From IMG/VR virus record IMGVR_UViG_3300029288_000055, positions 160,001 to 224,000 of that record: a DNA stretch of 64,000 nucleotides; one strand, written 5' to 3'. Of the stretch, positions 21,778-31,352 are shown piece by piece. Position numbers and translations under genes: made by a program. This stretch comes from a virus (lineage: Duplodnaviria > Heunggongvirae > Uroviricota > Caudoviricetes). A model generated the notes under the pieces. The model saw nothing but the letters and a program-made list of their open reading frames with translations. It searched no databases and was not told the origin of the DNA. The stretch's first letter is position 1, and each line of letters starts with the position of its first letter.

Positions 21778-23790
21778 TTATTCAATTAATTCAATGTTCT
21801 CAATTGATTCAAAATCAATCTCATCTGATTCATTAATTTTTTTAGGAACATTAATACTTTCATTATTCTTTAATAAAAGATCAATTTCGTTAATCATATT
21901 GAGAGCATTTTTATTTAAAGTTGCATTAATCACATCGTTTTCTTTAATTATCTCTTTATTTCTATTTTCTTTTTTTTGCACAGGTTCTGAAGTTGAACCG
22001 AATACTAATCTTTCAACTTGCAAATCATATTCTTCATCAGTCATTCTTGATTCAGCTAATGGTGGCATAGCACTGCCAGTAGCAGGAGCACCGCCACCAA
22101 CAGCAGGAGGCATTCCGCCTCCACCAACAGGAGCAGGTGGAGCACCAGTTCCACCTTCAGGTGGCAAACCAGTAGCAGGAGCACCGCCAGCAGGTGGCAT
22201 ACCACCGCCTTCAGTTCCACCGCTTGCTGGAACACCCAGCATTGCAGCTTCAGGTTCACCGAACCTTTTATCAATATCAGTAAATAAACCAGATTTCTTA
22301 ATTGTAACAGGAGAGTCCATAAGTTCTTGCATAACAACTTTTTCCATTTTCTGTTGTTTCAAATCATTTACAATTTCACGATCACTCATGTTGAATAACA
22401 AACGTTTTGCACCAGTATGTGACATTGCAGCAATACCAGCTTCCGCACGTGTTAATTCAGTATAAGTTTGTGCCTTTTCACGCATTAATTCAGCTTTCTG
22501 TAATTCTTGCTGTGTTGATGGATTTGTTAAGGTAAGTGTAAAATTACTAAGGTCTTCACCACTATAACCCAATAAATACAAATGTATCATTGCCATTTTA
22601 TTGAGTTCTTGAATCATTGCTTGTTGAATACGATTTATTTTTTTTGAAAAACGAATATCATATTGTGCCATGTTTTTACCAGCACCAGCAGCATCCTGAA
22701 AACTTAAGAAAGGTTTAGGAATACCCAAACCAACAAATAAGTTATCACGAAGGTATTCAATGTCCTGAATAGCATCCAAGTTTGTAGCACCCGGGAGAGT
22801 ATCAATACCTGTTTGGGTATTTGCATTTCTTACTGGAAGAAAATAGTCTTCATCATTACCAAGTATATTAAAACGATAGTCAATTTGTCCGTCATTTGGA
22901 GCAACTGATGCAGTTTTTTTGAACTTGGTAGCTACTTTATAGATATATTCTTCAATATCATCTTCATCAATATTACCAACGTCAATTTTGAATACTTTTT
23001 TTTCACCAGCACGAATAATACGATAAGTTAACATAGCATCTTCAGCCATAACAAGCTGTCTGAAAACCCTACGTACTTTATTAAGTACTGATGAGCCATA
23101 AGGCAAATATTTATCATCACCAAGAAGTCTGAAGTGAGCAATTTCAAATACATTGAATTCATCACCAGTCATTCTTTCTTTGAATTTAACAAGTGGTTTA
23201 CCACCTTGGATTCTTTCAAATCTTTCTATTTCATAGTTAACCAATTGTTTTACATGAGTAATACCTTTTTTTCTTTCGCCATATAATAATACAAAATTAT
23301 CACCATATTTAACAATATTTCTTACCCAAAAAGGTAAGTTAACATTAACATTAACAGTATCATAAAAAAATTCTTCCAATAACATTTTAATTCTTTCTTT
23401 ATTGGAGTATATGTTAAGCATCTTACCATTTAAACCAATAGTGGTAGACTCTTCCATGAATAAATCCAATGCACTGCTGATGATTGGATAATATTCCATA
23501 CCTTCATAATCAATATACGCTGGAAGTCTGGCTGCTTCATACTGAAGTGCCTTTTGAAAACCTCTATCTGTAGTACGAAAAAATTTATTTTGAAGTTCTC
23601 TTTTTTGTTGTAGTTCTAAACCTTTTCTATGTATTTCTTCAGGAGATGTGCCCTTAATAATAATTTTTGTTTCTTTTGCAGGTGTACTTGCAGACACCGT
23701 TGGTTGCGCTGTTTGTACATCAAAACCACCAAGATTCAAAAATGAACTAAGTTCCTGATATATAGTTTTACTTTTTTTTTCTTCACCCAT
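21778..23790 (-). CDS. Portal protein (T4 gp20-like) with Gly/Pro-rich C-terminal extension
   Basis: QL.MAEDAML.YRI.RA.E..VFKIDVGN, EDYFLPVR, IDTLPG, DI.Y....LF..L.IPK, DIRFS..I.RIQ. Confidence 0.93.
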   Translation of the reverse strand: MGEEKKSKTIYQELSSFLNLGGFDVQTAQPTVSASTPAKETKIIIKGTSPEEIHRKGLELQQKRELQNKFFRTTDRGFQKALQYEAARLPAYIDYEGMEYYPIISSALDLFMEESTTIGLNGKMLNIYSNKERIKMLLEEFFYDTVNVNVNLPFWVRNIVKYGDNFVLLYGERKKGITHVKQLVNYEIERFERIQGGKPLVKFKERMTGDEFNVFEIAHFRLLGDDKYLPYGSSVLNKVRRVFRQLVMAEDAMLTYRIIRAGEKKVFKIDVGNIDEDDIEEYIYKVATKFKKTASVAPNDGQIDYRFNILGNDEDYFLPVRNANTQTGIDTLPGATNLDAIQDIEYLRDNLFVGLGIPKPFLSFQDAAGAGKNMAQYDIRFSKKINRIQQAMIQELNKMAMIHLYLLGYSGEDLSNFTLTLTNPSTQQELQKAELMREKAQTYTELTRAEAGIAAMSHTGAKRLLFNMSDREIVNDLKQQKMEKVVMQELMDSPVTIKKSGLFTDIDKRFGEPEAAMLGVPASGGTEGGGMPPAGGAPATGLPPEGGTGAPPAPVGGGGMPPAVGGGAPATGSAMPPLAESRMTDEEYDLQVERLVFGSTSEPVQKKENRNKEIIKENDVINATLNKNALNMINEIDLLLKNNESINVPKKINESDEIDFESIENIELIE

Positions 23791-23861
23791 TTTTATAATT
23801 TTTTATACTTTTTTATAAATACTATGATTTCCGTGAAAAGTCATGTGAATATAAATACATA

Positions 23862-25940
23862 TTAATTTTTCTTTTTCTCTTTTATACCATTAAATAACCA
23901 AGCATTAACGCCATATGGATTTAATGGTGATGTACTATTAGGCGAAATCATAGGTTTATGGGTTTTAGTATTACCAGTGGCTATTCTTTTTCCAATTTCA
24001 TTCATTTCATTATTAGTGATAATAGCATTAAGCATTTTCTCTGTAATTCCTTTGCTTTGTTTATAACGTGCCATATCAAAATTCAATACATATAAGCCTA
24101 TAGACAATCCCATAATTGAATCATCATGAAATGAACGTTTATGATCTGCAACACGATTTCCAGCAACAGTTACAAATGTTTTTAATTCATTTAACAATCT
24201 GATAGAGTGAATAATAACATCTTCTAAATGAATTGCTCTTTGCATTTCAAGAACTACTGAGGCACGATTTCCACCGATAAAGAAACCGGGTATTAAGTCT
24301 ACGTTTACAATCGTACCATCAGCCATTGTCTTTTGACCTTTTTTAATATATCCCTGTAATCTATCCCTTGAAGGTTTATGAGTTACTTCAGCATAATGAA
24401 CATTATCATAACCATATTCAAGCATTTTTTCAACTGTTTGTACGCCATAACCACCAGTAATATCGACAACACAATAAGCATTATTATATCTTTTACCATA
24501 TTGATATGCAATTTCTGCAAGCATTTGTGGTGTTACTTTACCATAATATTCAGCAACCTGTTCAACTTTATGTCTTTTTAATTTATATTTTTTTGTTTTT
24601 CCGTTTTTAGTAATTATCTTTTCTTCAATAACTTCTTTTGTTTTTAACATATTCATAGTAGAGTTATCTTCTCCATGTCCCGGTGATGCATCAAGTGCCA
24701 TTATATATGTTTCTCCTACAATTGGGTCTTCCCAAATCCATACATTTTTATCAAGATATTCTTGACGAATTGGTGGCAATACTTCTTCATCCTGAATACG
24801 TTTTAAATATTCTTCTGAAATAAAGTTATCACCAGAACCAAGGAAAGAACAAAGTAATTCTTGTGCAATCTTACGCATATCACCTTCTGCTTCTTTAACT
24901 TGATCTTCAAACCACGGAGAACTTGCTTCCCAACCTTCATCCATCATTTGAATTCTTTTTCTGTTGTCCCAATTTTCATCAAGTAATTTTATTTCATTTT
25001 CTTTGCCTTTATTTTTTAACCAACACAAATCTTTATTATATCTTGGGTCATTATACCACCATAATTCTACTGCAACAAAGTTATTTTCTTTATTTCTTGC
25101 GCCATTAAATGTTTTATAGAATACAGCATCAAGACCTGAAGGAGTACTAACCATAATTGCAGCACCACCAGTTTGCAGTGTTGGTTTTGCAGATGTCCAA
25201 AATTTATCACCTTTTTCTGTCCATGCAGTTTCATCCCAGAAAATAAGAGTTGGCGTATATCCACGAAGACCTTTTGAAGAGAATGCACCTAATTTAGAAT
25301 TATTATCATAAATTTTTAATTTCTGAGTATCTTTTAAGTTTTTATCAAATGTTTCTCTACCAGTTTTTGGTCTAAGCCATTTTGGACAACCATCAATAAA
25401 ATCTACTACATCATTCATTAATTCATCACGAGCAACTTCAAGTTTATCAGCAACAATAGCAACTTGTCTATTTGCATTGAACATGACATACCAAGCGATA
25501 TACGCACAAGTGGTTGTTGATACACCTGCCTGACGATATTTGTTAGCAATAACAAATCTATTCTCTAAATATGTTTTAATTAATTCTTTTTGAAAATCAA
25601 ATAATTTAAAAGGTACAATTTCACCAGCAATACCTTGCGTCTGGTCAAAAATTGTTAAATATGTTTCAATAAAATATATTGGATTCATACCGCAACGAAT
25701 AACTTCATCTTCTTGTTCTTGTTTGGTTAATTCGCTGACCTTTTTTACACCATTATGCTTTGTAACAATGATAGCCTCAATTTTACCGCCTTTTTTTCTA
25801 AGTTCTTTAGCTAATTTTCTAATTGCTTCTTTTTCCTTTTCTCTTTGAGTATCAAGAGGAATTAACGGTACGTGATCGGGAAATATATCTTCATTGTTTT
25901 TTTCAGGAATATTATCAGGGTTTATATCTTTAGCACTCAT
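23862..25940 (-). CDS. Terminase large subunit (T4 gp17-like)
   Basis: F.LFDFQ, KYRQAGVST (Walker A), FWDETA (Walker B), VSTPSG, QELLCSFLGSG, nuclease motifs LDAS.G and HDDSIM. Confidence 0.94.
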   Translation of the reverse strand: MSAKDINPDNIPEKNNEDIFPDHVPLIPLDTQREKEKEAIRKLAKELRKKGGKIEAIIVTKHNGVKKVSELTKQEQEDEVIRCGMNPIYFIETYLTIFDQTQGIAGEIVPFKLFDFQKELIKTYLENRFVIANKYRQAGVSTTTCAYIAWYVMFNANRQVAIVADKLEVARDELMNDVVDFIDGCPKWLRPKTGRETFDKNLKDTQKLKIYDNNSKLGAFSSKGLRGYTPTLIFWDETAWTEKGDKFWTSAKPTLQTGGAAIMVSTPSGLDAVFYKTFNGARNKENNFVAVELWWYNDPRYNKDLCWLKNKGKENEIKLLDENWDNRKRIQMMDEGWEASSPWFEDQVKEAEGDMRKIAQELLCSFLGSGDNFISEEYLKRIQDEEVLPPIRQEYLDKNVWIWEDPIVGETYIMALDASPGHGEDNSTMNMLKTKEVIEEKIITKNGKTKKYKLKRHKVEQVAEYYGKVTPQMLAEIAYQYGKRYNNAYCVVDITGGYGVQTVEKMLEYGYDNVHYAEVTHKPSRDRLQGYIKKGQKTMADGTIVNVDLIPGFFIGGNRASVVLEMQRAIHLEDVIIHSIRLLNELKTFVTVAGNRVADHKRSFHDDSIMGLSIGLYVLNFDMARYKQSKGITEKMLNAIITNNEMNEIGKRIATGNTKTHKPMISPNSTSPLNPYGVNAWLFNGIKEKKKN

Positions 25941-26123
25941 TATAAATTTTTATAATAAATACTCTCACCACATAAAACCGCAAAGCTCGGCAATAATCTT
26001 GTACTGTCGAGCTTCGAATTTCCTTCTTCCTAATATGGTAAGATGAACTCTTTTAAACCGAAAACACATGCATACATTTTCTTTTCTGTTTTACCACATG
26101 GGCATTCAGATGATATAAATACT

Positions 26124-26609
26124 TTAAAATCTTATAGAAGACGTTTCTACAAATTCATTATTTTTTAATATGATTTTTCTTGCATTAAGCAAATCTTTAA
26201 CTTTTGCTAATGACATGCCATAATGAAATACTAATAATGGTACGTCATCTTCTTGTCCGTTAAACATGTTGTCATAGTCACTGGAAGGATTGCTATTTTC
26301 ATCTTTCTTTTCAATTTCATATGCAAGAGCATGTATAGTGTGATAGCCATGCATATATGGTCTGTCAACAGCTTCATGTAAACAAAAAAGATCAAATGAA
26401 CTTGTCTTTAAATTAAAAATAGCATTTATAAAAGATTCAGTTGGTGGCATTGCATTATCACATGCTGGTGTAATATCCCAACACCAACCATCCACATCAA
26501 TATTAGTTTCGTCAAGCGAAAAAATAAATTCAAATAACCCTTCATCCTTCGAATTGTAGCCAATCTTTAGCACATAAATCAATTTTAATTTATTATCTTC
26601 GTATTCCAT
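26124..26609 (-). CDS. Hypothetical late protein upstream of terminase
   Basis: ORF track; late motif at 26622-26629. Confidence 0.7.
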   Translation of the reverse strand: MEYEDNKLKLIYVLKIGYNSKDEGLFEFIFSLDETNIDVDGWCWDITPACDNAMPPTESFINAIFNLKTSSFDLFCLHEAVDRPYMHGYHTIHALAYEIEKKDENSNPSSDYDNMFNGQEDDVPLLVFHYGMSLAKVKDLLNARKIILKNNEFVETSSIRF

Positions 26610-26659
26610 AATGATTTTTTTATAAATACACCCCAGAAAAAAAAGCCATATTAAGTGGC

Positions 26660-27076
26660 TTATATTTTATCAAGATCGAGTCCCATAATTTTTTTTATTT
26701 CACTCAAAAGAATTGTTTGAGTTAGTTTATATGCCCTGAGAGAATTTTTTTCTTTTTTCTTAAAAATAAAATAGCCGATTTGAAATAAAATAGCAATACA
26801 AATGAAAAGATAAAAAAGTAATTGTGTCTTCATATATAATGCAGCAATAAATAAAAATGCATAACTTTCTCTCAAGCAAAGTCCTTTCCATGAAGATAAC
26901 ACAGTTATCACATCATCCAAATATGTTTTTAATAGTCTTCTGTATTCAAGCCAGTCACAATCAGAATTATCTTCTTTCGTGCCTTGCACATTAAGAAAAA
27001 TTTCTTTTTCTTTTTTCTTTGAACCGCCAATATATGTTCTGCGATATTTACTTTCAGTTATTTCAATTTCAATCAT
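26660..27076 (-). CDS. Membrane protein (about 2 TM helices)
   Basis: Hydrophobic segments; preceded by TGTAAC-N16-CGTATA. Confidence 0.6.
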   Translation of the reverse strand: MIEIEITESKYRRTYIGGSKKKEKEIFLNVQGTKEDNSDCDWLEYRRLLKTYLDDVITVLSSWKGLCLRESYAFLFIAALYMKTQLLFYLFICIAILFQIGYFIFKKKEKNSLRAYKLTQTILLSEIKKIMGLDLDKI

Positions 27077-27085
27077 AATAATGCT

Positions 27086-27113
27086 TATACGGAAATAAAT
27101 TATAAAGGTTACA
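27086..27113 (-). promoter_or_regulatory. ECF-sigma-like promoter TGTAAC-N16-CGTATA
   Basis: The same bipartite motif and spacing recur at 44049-44076 on the + strand. Confidence 0.55.
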
Positions 27114-27140
27114 AAAAAACCCGAATTTCTTCGGGTTCTT
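27113..27140 (-). terminator. Intrinsic terminator after the 883-aa gene
   Basis: Minus strand reads AACCCGAA-gaaa-TTCGGGTT followed by a T-tract. Confidence 0.75.
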
Positions 27141-27162
27141 ATTTATTTAATTTGTTGGTTTA

Positions 27163-29814
27163 TTATATGCCAGATAATCCTGTGCTGCCACCACCTTGTG
27201 GAGTTCTTATACCAGTATCCTGATATTGTTTCGAACCGTAGATTAATTTTCCTGCTTTATCAACTCTCAAAGTACCACCACCACCATCAACATATTGTTG
27301 AAGAAGAGCATATTTTTCTTGTGGTGTTGCTCTTTTTGCTGCAGTGCCAATAGCACTCATATGTGGATTAATTAAAATATTTTTGAATGCAGATTGAAAT
27401 AATGTATCAACACCCACTTGATCATTTGGGTCTAATTTTGCTAATTTTTCTGCAACACTAAATCCCAATATTTCATTTAATTTACTCTTTTTTTTTAAGG
27501 CAACAGCTTCAAATAACTTAAATTGGTTATCAATTACTGCATCAAGTTTCTTTAATGTTTCAGACTTCTTACTTTCATTTAAACTTGGTTTTCTTATTCC
27601 AGCATGTTCTTCAAGACGAGTACGAATGTATTTTCTCAATTTCTGTTCTGATTCATTCATTTGTACATTTTCGTCTTCAATACCTTTTTTGAAACGTTTT
27701 GCTAATGCTTTACGTGCTGGTGTACATGTTGGCTTAGTCATAGGAGTACAATAACCTTTATGTTCTGGGTCTACTGCCTTTTGAATCCACTTTTCATCTT
27801 CTTTAAGAGGTTTTGCTTCAGCCATATAAGCATTCACACCTTCAGCAATTAATTTAATCAATCTTTTCTTTGCTTCATTCATTGCAATACTAACAGTTTT
27901 ATCAGGCTGAATTGTAATATCAACGCCTGTTGTTGGAGCACCATCAGGTTTAACAACACCACCACCTAATGACTGTGAATCTTGTGCAAAAGTAAATTCT
28001 GGCTTTGTTTCTGGAGTTACATCATCAGTATCATTATCTGGTTCAACATCAGTTACAGGAGTTTCTTCACCAGCTTCAATATCTACATCAGGTGTTTCAA
28101 TTTCAGGTTCTTCTGTTTCGGGTTCATCATCTTCTTTTAACATGCCCGGTTGTACTTGAACCTGATCAACAGGAGTAACACCTTCAGCTTTATATTTGCT
28201 TAAGTTTGCTGCGCCTGAACCTCTAAGTTGATTAGACAATGTTTGAATTATACTATTTACATTAATTGGTTCTTGACCTGCTTTAGCAGCACCTGCATTT
28301 GCAGCAGCAATCTGTTTACCCAAATCTGCAGCAAGTGTTTCAAGTTTACCTAACGCTGAATTTCTTTGTTTTGTGCCTGTTTTAACATCTTGTGCTTGAC
28401 TACCTGCCTGATATGCTTGTTTAGCAGCTTGAACACCTTGTCCAACTTTTTCTGCACCAGCTTTATAAAGACTTGATGCACCACCAGCAATACCTTTAGC
28501 AGCACCAGCAATACCTTTGCCAATACCACCAAGAGCTGCTTTACCTAAACCAACTAAACCGCCACCCCATGCTTCTTTAAGTTGTGCTTTCAAATCTTCT
28601 TCAGGTGCTTCATTCATTGAATCTACTTGTGGCTGCATTTTTTCAGCATAATCATCACGACCATAATCAGTTTTCAATTTATCAAGAACTTCTGGAGATA
28701 ATTTAATAACTAAACTAATAGTTTTTTCATCACCATCATTCATACCTTCTTCGCTTGCGCCAACATAACCATTTACAACGTTTGCTTGTTCTTCACTTCC
28801 ACTTTCCATAAATGCTTCTGAAGTATCGTATCCACGTGATTTAGCATATTTACCAAAACCACCACATTCTGCACAATCTTCTTCTTCAATACCAGCTTCT
28901 GGTTCTGCTTTTGGTTCATCTTGAGGTACACTTTGAGCTAAATCTTCAACTTCATCATCACCAAGAACTTTAAGAATACCGTCAGCAATACCTTTTCTGT
29001 CTTCAATATCCATATTTTTTAATTTAGGTCTATATGCAGCAATAACTGATTTTAAATTACCAGTAACCTGACTATCTTCCATATCAGTTTTTCTAACTTT
29101 TTCACCTAATTTACCAATCAATTTATCAACATCATTTGTGGGTTCTTCTGTAGTACCAGTTTCATCACCAGCAGGTTTTTCAACATCATCAGTAGGTGGA
29201 ACTTCATCATCACCAGCAGGTGGAACTTCTGTATCCGTTTCAGGAGCAGGTGTTTCATCACCAGCAATTACACCAGTATCTTCTGCATCAGGAGAAGGTT
29301 CTACTGGTTCTGAAGAAACTACATCAGGAGAAGAAGGTTCTAAAGGAGCACCGGGTGTTTCAGGACTTGTTGCTGCACTTGTTGCTGCATCCAAATCACC
29401 TAATTTACTTTCTGCATTATCAAGTTCTGTTTTAGCTACATCTTCATTAAGCATTTTTTTCTTCTTACTGCCGTTTATATCTGGTTTATTTGTAATACCT
29501 TCATTAATTGTTTGAAATATCATATTTCTTTGTTTATCAGCTTCTGATAATTTAGAATACTGAAAATCGGTAATATTAGATAAGCCACCAATATATGCAA
29601 AATCTGCAACATTTGGGTCTTGTTTAATTCCAGCTTTCTTAATATAATAGTTGTGCTGTTCTTTAACAATTCCATAAGCAATACCATCGGCTGCTCTTTT
29701 ATAGTCAATCAAAGTACCCAAATTACGGGTATTATCCTTTAATATGGGTTTTTTAACTTCAGCCAATTCTTGAATTCTTTGAAGAAATGCTTCTTTTGTT
29801 ACATGTCTTTTCAT
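27163..29814 (-). CDS. Large acidic low-complexity prohead core / internal head protein
   Basis: D/E/P-rich and G/A-rich blocks separated by many LNE/LKE/MNE sites; late motif at 29860-29867. Confidence 0.6.
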   Translation of the reverse strand: MKRHVTKEAFLQRIQELAEVKKPILKDNTRNLGTLIDYKRAADGIAYGIVKEQHNYYIKKAGIKQDPNVADFAYIGGLSNITDFQYSKLSEADKQRNMIFQTINEGITNKPDINGSKKKKMLNEDVAKTELDNAESKLGDLDAATSAATSPETPGAPLEPSSPDVVSSEPVEPSPDAEDTGVIAGDETPAPETDTEVPPAGDDEVPPTDDVEKPAGDETGTTEEPTNDVDKLIGKLGEKVRKTDMEDSQVTGNLKSVIAAYRPKLKNMDIEDRKGIADGILKVLGDDEVEDLAQSVPQDEPKAEPEAGIEEEDCAECGGFGKYAKSRGYDTSEAFMESGSEEQANVVNGYVGASEEGMNDGDEKTISLVIKLSPEVLDKLKTDYGRDDYAEKMQPQVDSMNEAPEEDLKAQLKEAWGGGLVGLGKAALGGIGKGIAGAAKGIAGGASSLYKAGAEKVGQGVQAAKQAYQAGSQAQDVKTGTKQRNSALGKLETLAADLGKQIAAANAGAAKAGQEPINVNSIIQTLSNQLRGSGAANLSKYKAEGVTPVDQVQVQPGMLKEDDEPETEEPEIETPDVDIEAGEETPVTDVEPDNDTDDVTPETKPEFTFAQDSQSLGGGVVKPDGAPTTGVDITIQPDKTVSIAMNEAKKRLIKLIAEGVNAYMAEAKPLKEDEKWIQKAVDPEHKGYCTPMTKPTCTPARKALAKRFKKGIEDENVQMNESEQKLRKYIRTRLEEHAGIRKPSLNESKKSETLKKLDAVIDNQFKLFEAVALKKKSKLNEILGFSVAEKLAKLDPNDQVGVDTLFQSAFKNILINPHMSAIGTAAKRATPQEKYALLQQYVDGGGGTLRVDKAGKLIYGSKQYQDTGIRTPQGGGSTGLSGI

Positions 29815-29891
29815 GTGAATATTTTTAAAATGTGTATTATTTAACTTTATATTTTTTTTATAAATACTTAATTAAGAGCAAAAAAATGCAA

Positions 29892-30143
29892 TTAGAGTAT
29901 TATTTCATGCTTTTCGTTCATTATTTTATTATTAATAAGCATTTCAATTACTTTAGGGGTTAACAAGTTTTTCCTTTTGTAATTCTCAATAATAGCAAGA
30001 TTAGTTTTCTCACGTGAAACATTCTCATTTAAATATTTCACATTTTTGTGCAAATCTTCCAATATGTCATAAAAAATCTTCTCAGATTTTTTTCTTTCAA
30101 CATATTCAAGCAACTGCGCTTCGGTTAAGATATATCTGTTCAT
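29892..30143 (-). CDS. Hypothetical protein (N-terminal ILTE motif)
   Basis: ORF track. Confidence 0.65.
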   Translation of the reverse strand: MNRYILTEAQLLEYVERKKSEKIFYDILEDLHKNVKYLNENVSREKTNLAIIENYKRKNLLTPKVIEMLINNKIMNEKHEIIL

Positions 30144-30952
30144 GACAAAAATTCATTTAAACTTAGTTCCTTGGTTAAATATTTGTTTTTGAATTCGACC
30201 ATTTTTTCAAGATAACCAGTATTTCTCAATACTTTAAATACAAGATTTTCTGTTGAAAACTCACCACCAGTATCAAGTCCAGATTGTCTATATTTTTTTA
30301 TTTTATTTTTTAATTGTTCATGTTTCTTCAAAAAATCATTTTGATTCTTATTAGTTTCCAGATCATCAATCGCATTCATAATGTCTGCAGACTTTAACTG
30401 AACATCAGCACTATCAATATTTACAATTTTTTTGGTTGGTTTTCTAATCCAATCATTTTTAACTAAAGAATATGTACCTGATGAATGGTGTGGTTCATTC
30501 GCATCTTGAAAATACATTTCAACATCATGTCCTTTTACTTGTATTGGAAGATGATCTGCCCAAAGTTGCTTTTTCAACTTAAAAAAATCACCAACAAATT
30601 CTTTATTATCAGAAATTTGATTAAAATCCAATATAATATGAACATCCAAATCAGATTCATCGTTATAATTATAATTAGCCATACTACCAGTCAACATAAC
30701 ATCATTAAATTTCAAATTTTCAACATCACTGAATTCAATAAATCTCTTAGCGTTTTTAAGTAAAACTGCCCTAACATCTGGTTTTATTGTTTCATCATTT
30801 TCCCAAATAAGTGGACTTAATGTATCATTAAATTTTATTGATGATACATCGACAGTATCTGGTTCTACAACTTCTTTTAGTATATCTGAAATATTGTTTC
30901 TTGACCAATATCTGCTTGACCAAAACCTTGGTTTCTTTTCGTTTTCAATCAT
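30140..30952 (-). CDS. Pol-beta-superfamily nucleotidyltransferase
   Basis: LTGSMANYNY...SDLDVHI plus third acidic residue in DVEMY. Confidence 0.8.
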   Translation of the reverse strand: MIENEKKPRFWSSRYWSRNNISDILKEVVEPDTVDVSSIKFNDTLSPLIWENDETIKPDVRAVLLKNAKRFIEFSDVENLKFNDVMLTGSMANYNYNDESDLDVHIILDFNQISDNKEFVGDFFKLKKQLWADHLPIQVKGHDVEMYFQDANEPHHSSGTYSLVKNDWIRKPTKKIVNIDSADVQLKSADIMNAIDDLETNKNQNDFLKKHEQLKNKIKKYRQSGLDTGGEFSTENLVFKVLRNTGYLEKMVEFKNKYLTKELSLNEFLS

Positions 30953-30953
30953 A

Positions 30954-31229
30954 TTAATATTTATCTAACATTTCACTTATTTGTTTAACAGCAGCAGTAA
31001 ATTTTGGCTTTCTTTCTACCATTAACCTATATAATGTATCAATTACATCATATTCTTGATCATCAAACAACTGATCAATAGTTGCCTTTAATTTTTCAAC
31101 TTTTATTGCATACATATTAGGGTCTTTCTCATAATTGCTCATATCATAACCTTCTGTTAATTTAAACTTAGGGTCTAATTTTGATATCATTTCAAACAAT
31201 CGCTTTTTATTATCTTTAAAATTTACCAT
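30954..31229 (-). CDS. Small late protein of the RLFE-motif family
   Basis: MVNFKDNKKRLFEMISKLDPKFKLTE; late motif at 31295-31302. Confidence 0.65.
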   Translation of the reverse strand: MVNFKDNKKRLFEMISKLDPKFKLTEGYDMSNYEKDPNMYAIKVEKLKATIDQLFDDQEYDVIDTLYRLMVERKPKFTAAVKQISEMLDKY

Positions 31230-31352
31230 GCCTAATATCTTTTATTGTTTTGTTGTAGGTGTGCCAATTTTTTACCATCTCAACAACATTTTCTATAAAT
31301 ACAAAACTATTAATTAAAATGCGATAGTATTTATGATAAATTCTTGTACGAA

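Noticed and set aside
21794-22465. 223-aa + strand ORF and similar antisense ORFs inside MCP, scaffold, the 883-aa gene, helicase and vWA genes
   Set aside because: Shadow frames opposite well-supported genes.
26026-26112. Minus-strand frame SSECPCGKTEKKMYAC... as a small Zn-binding protein
   Set aside because: No start codon between the upstream in-frame stop and the Cys motif.
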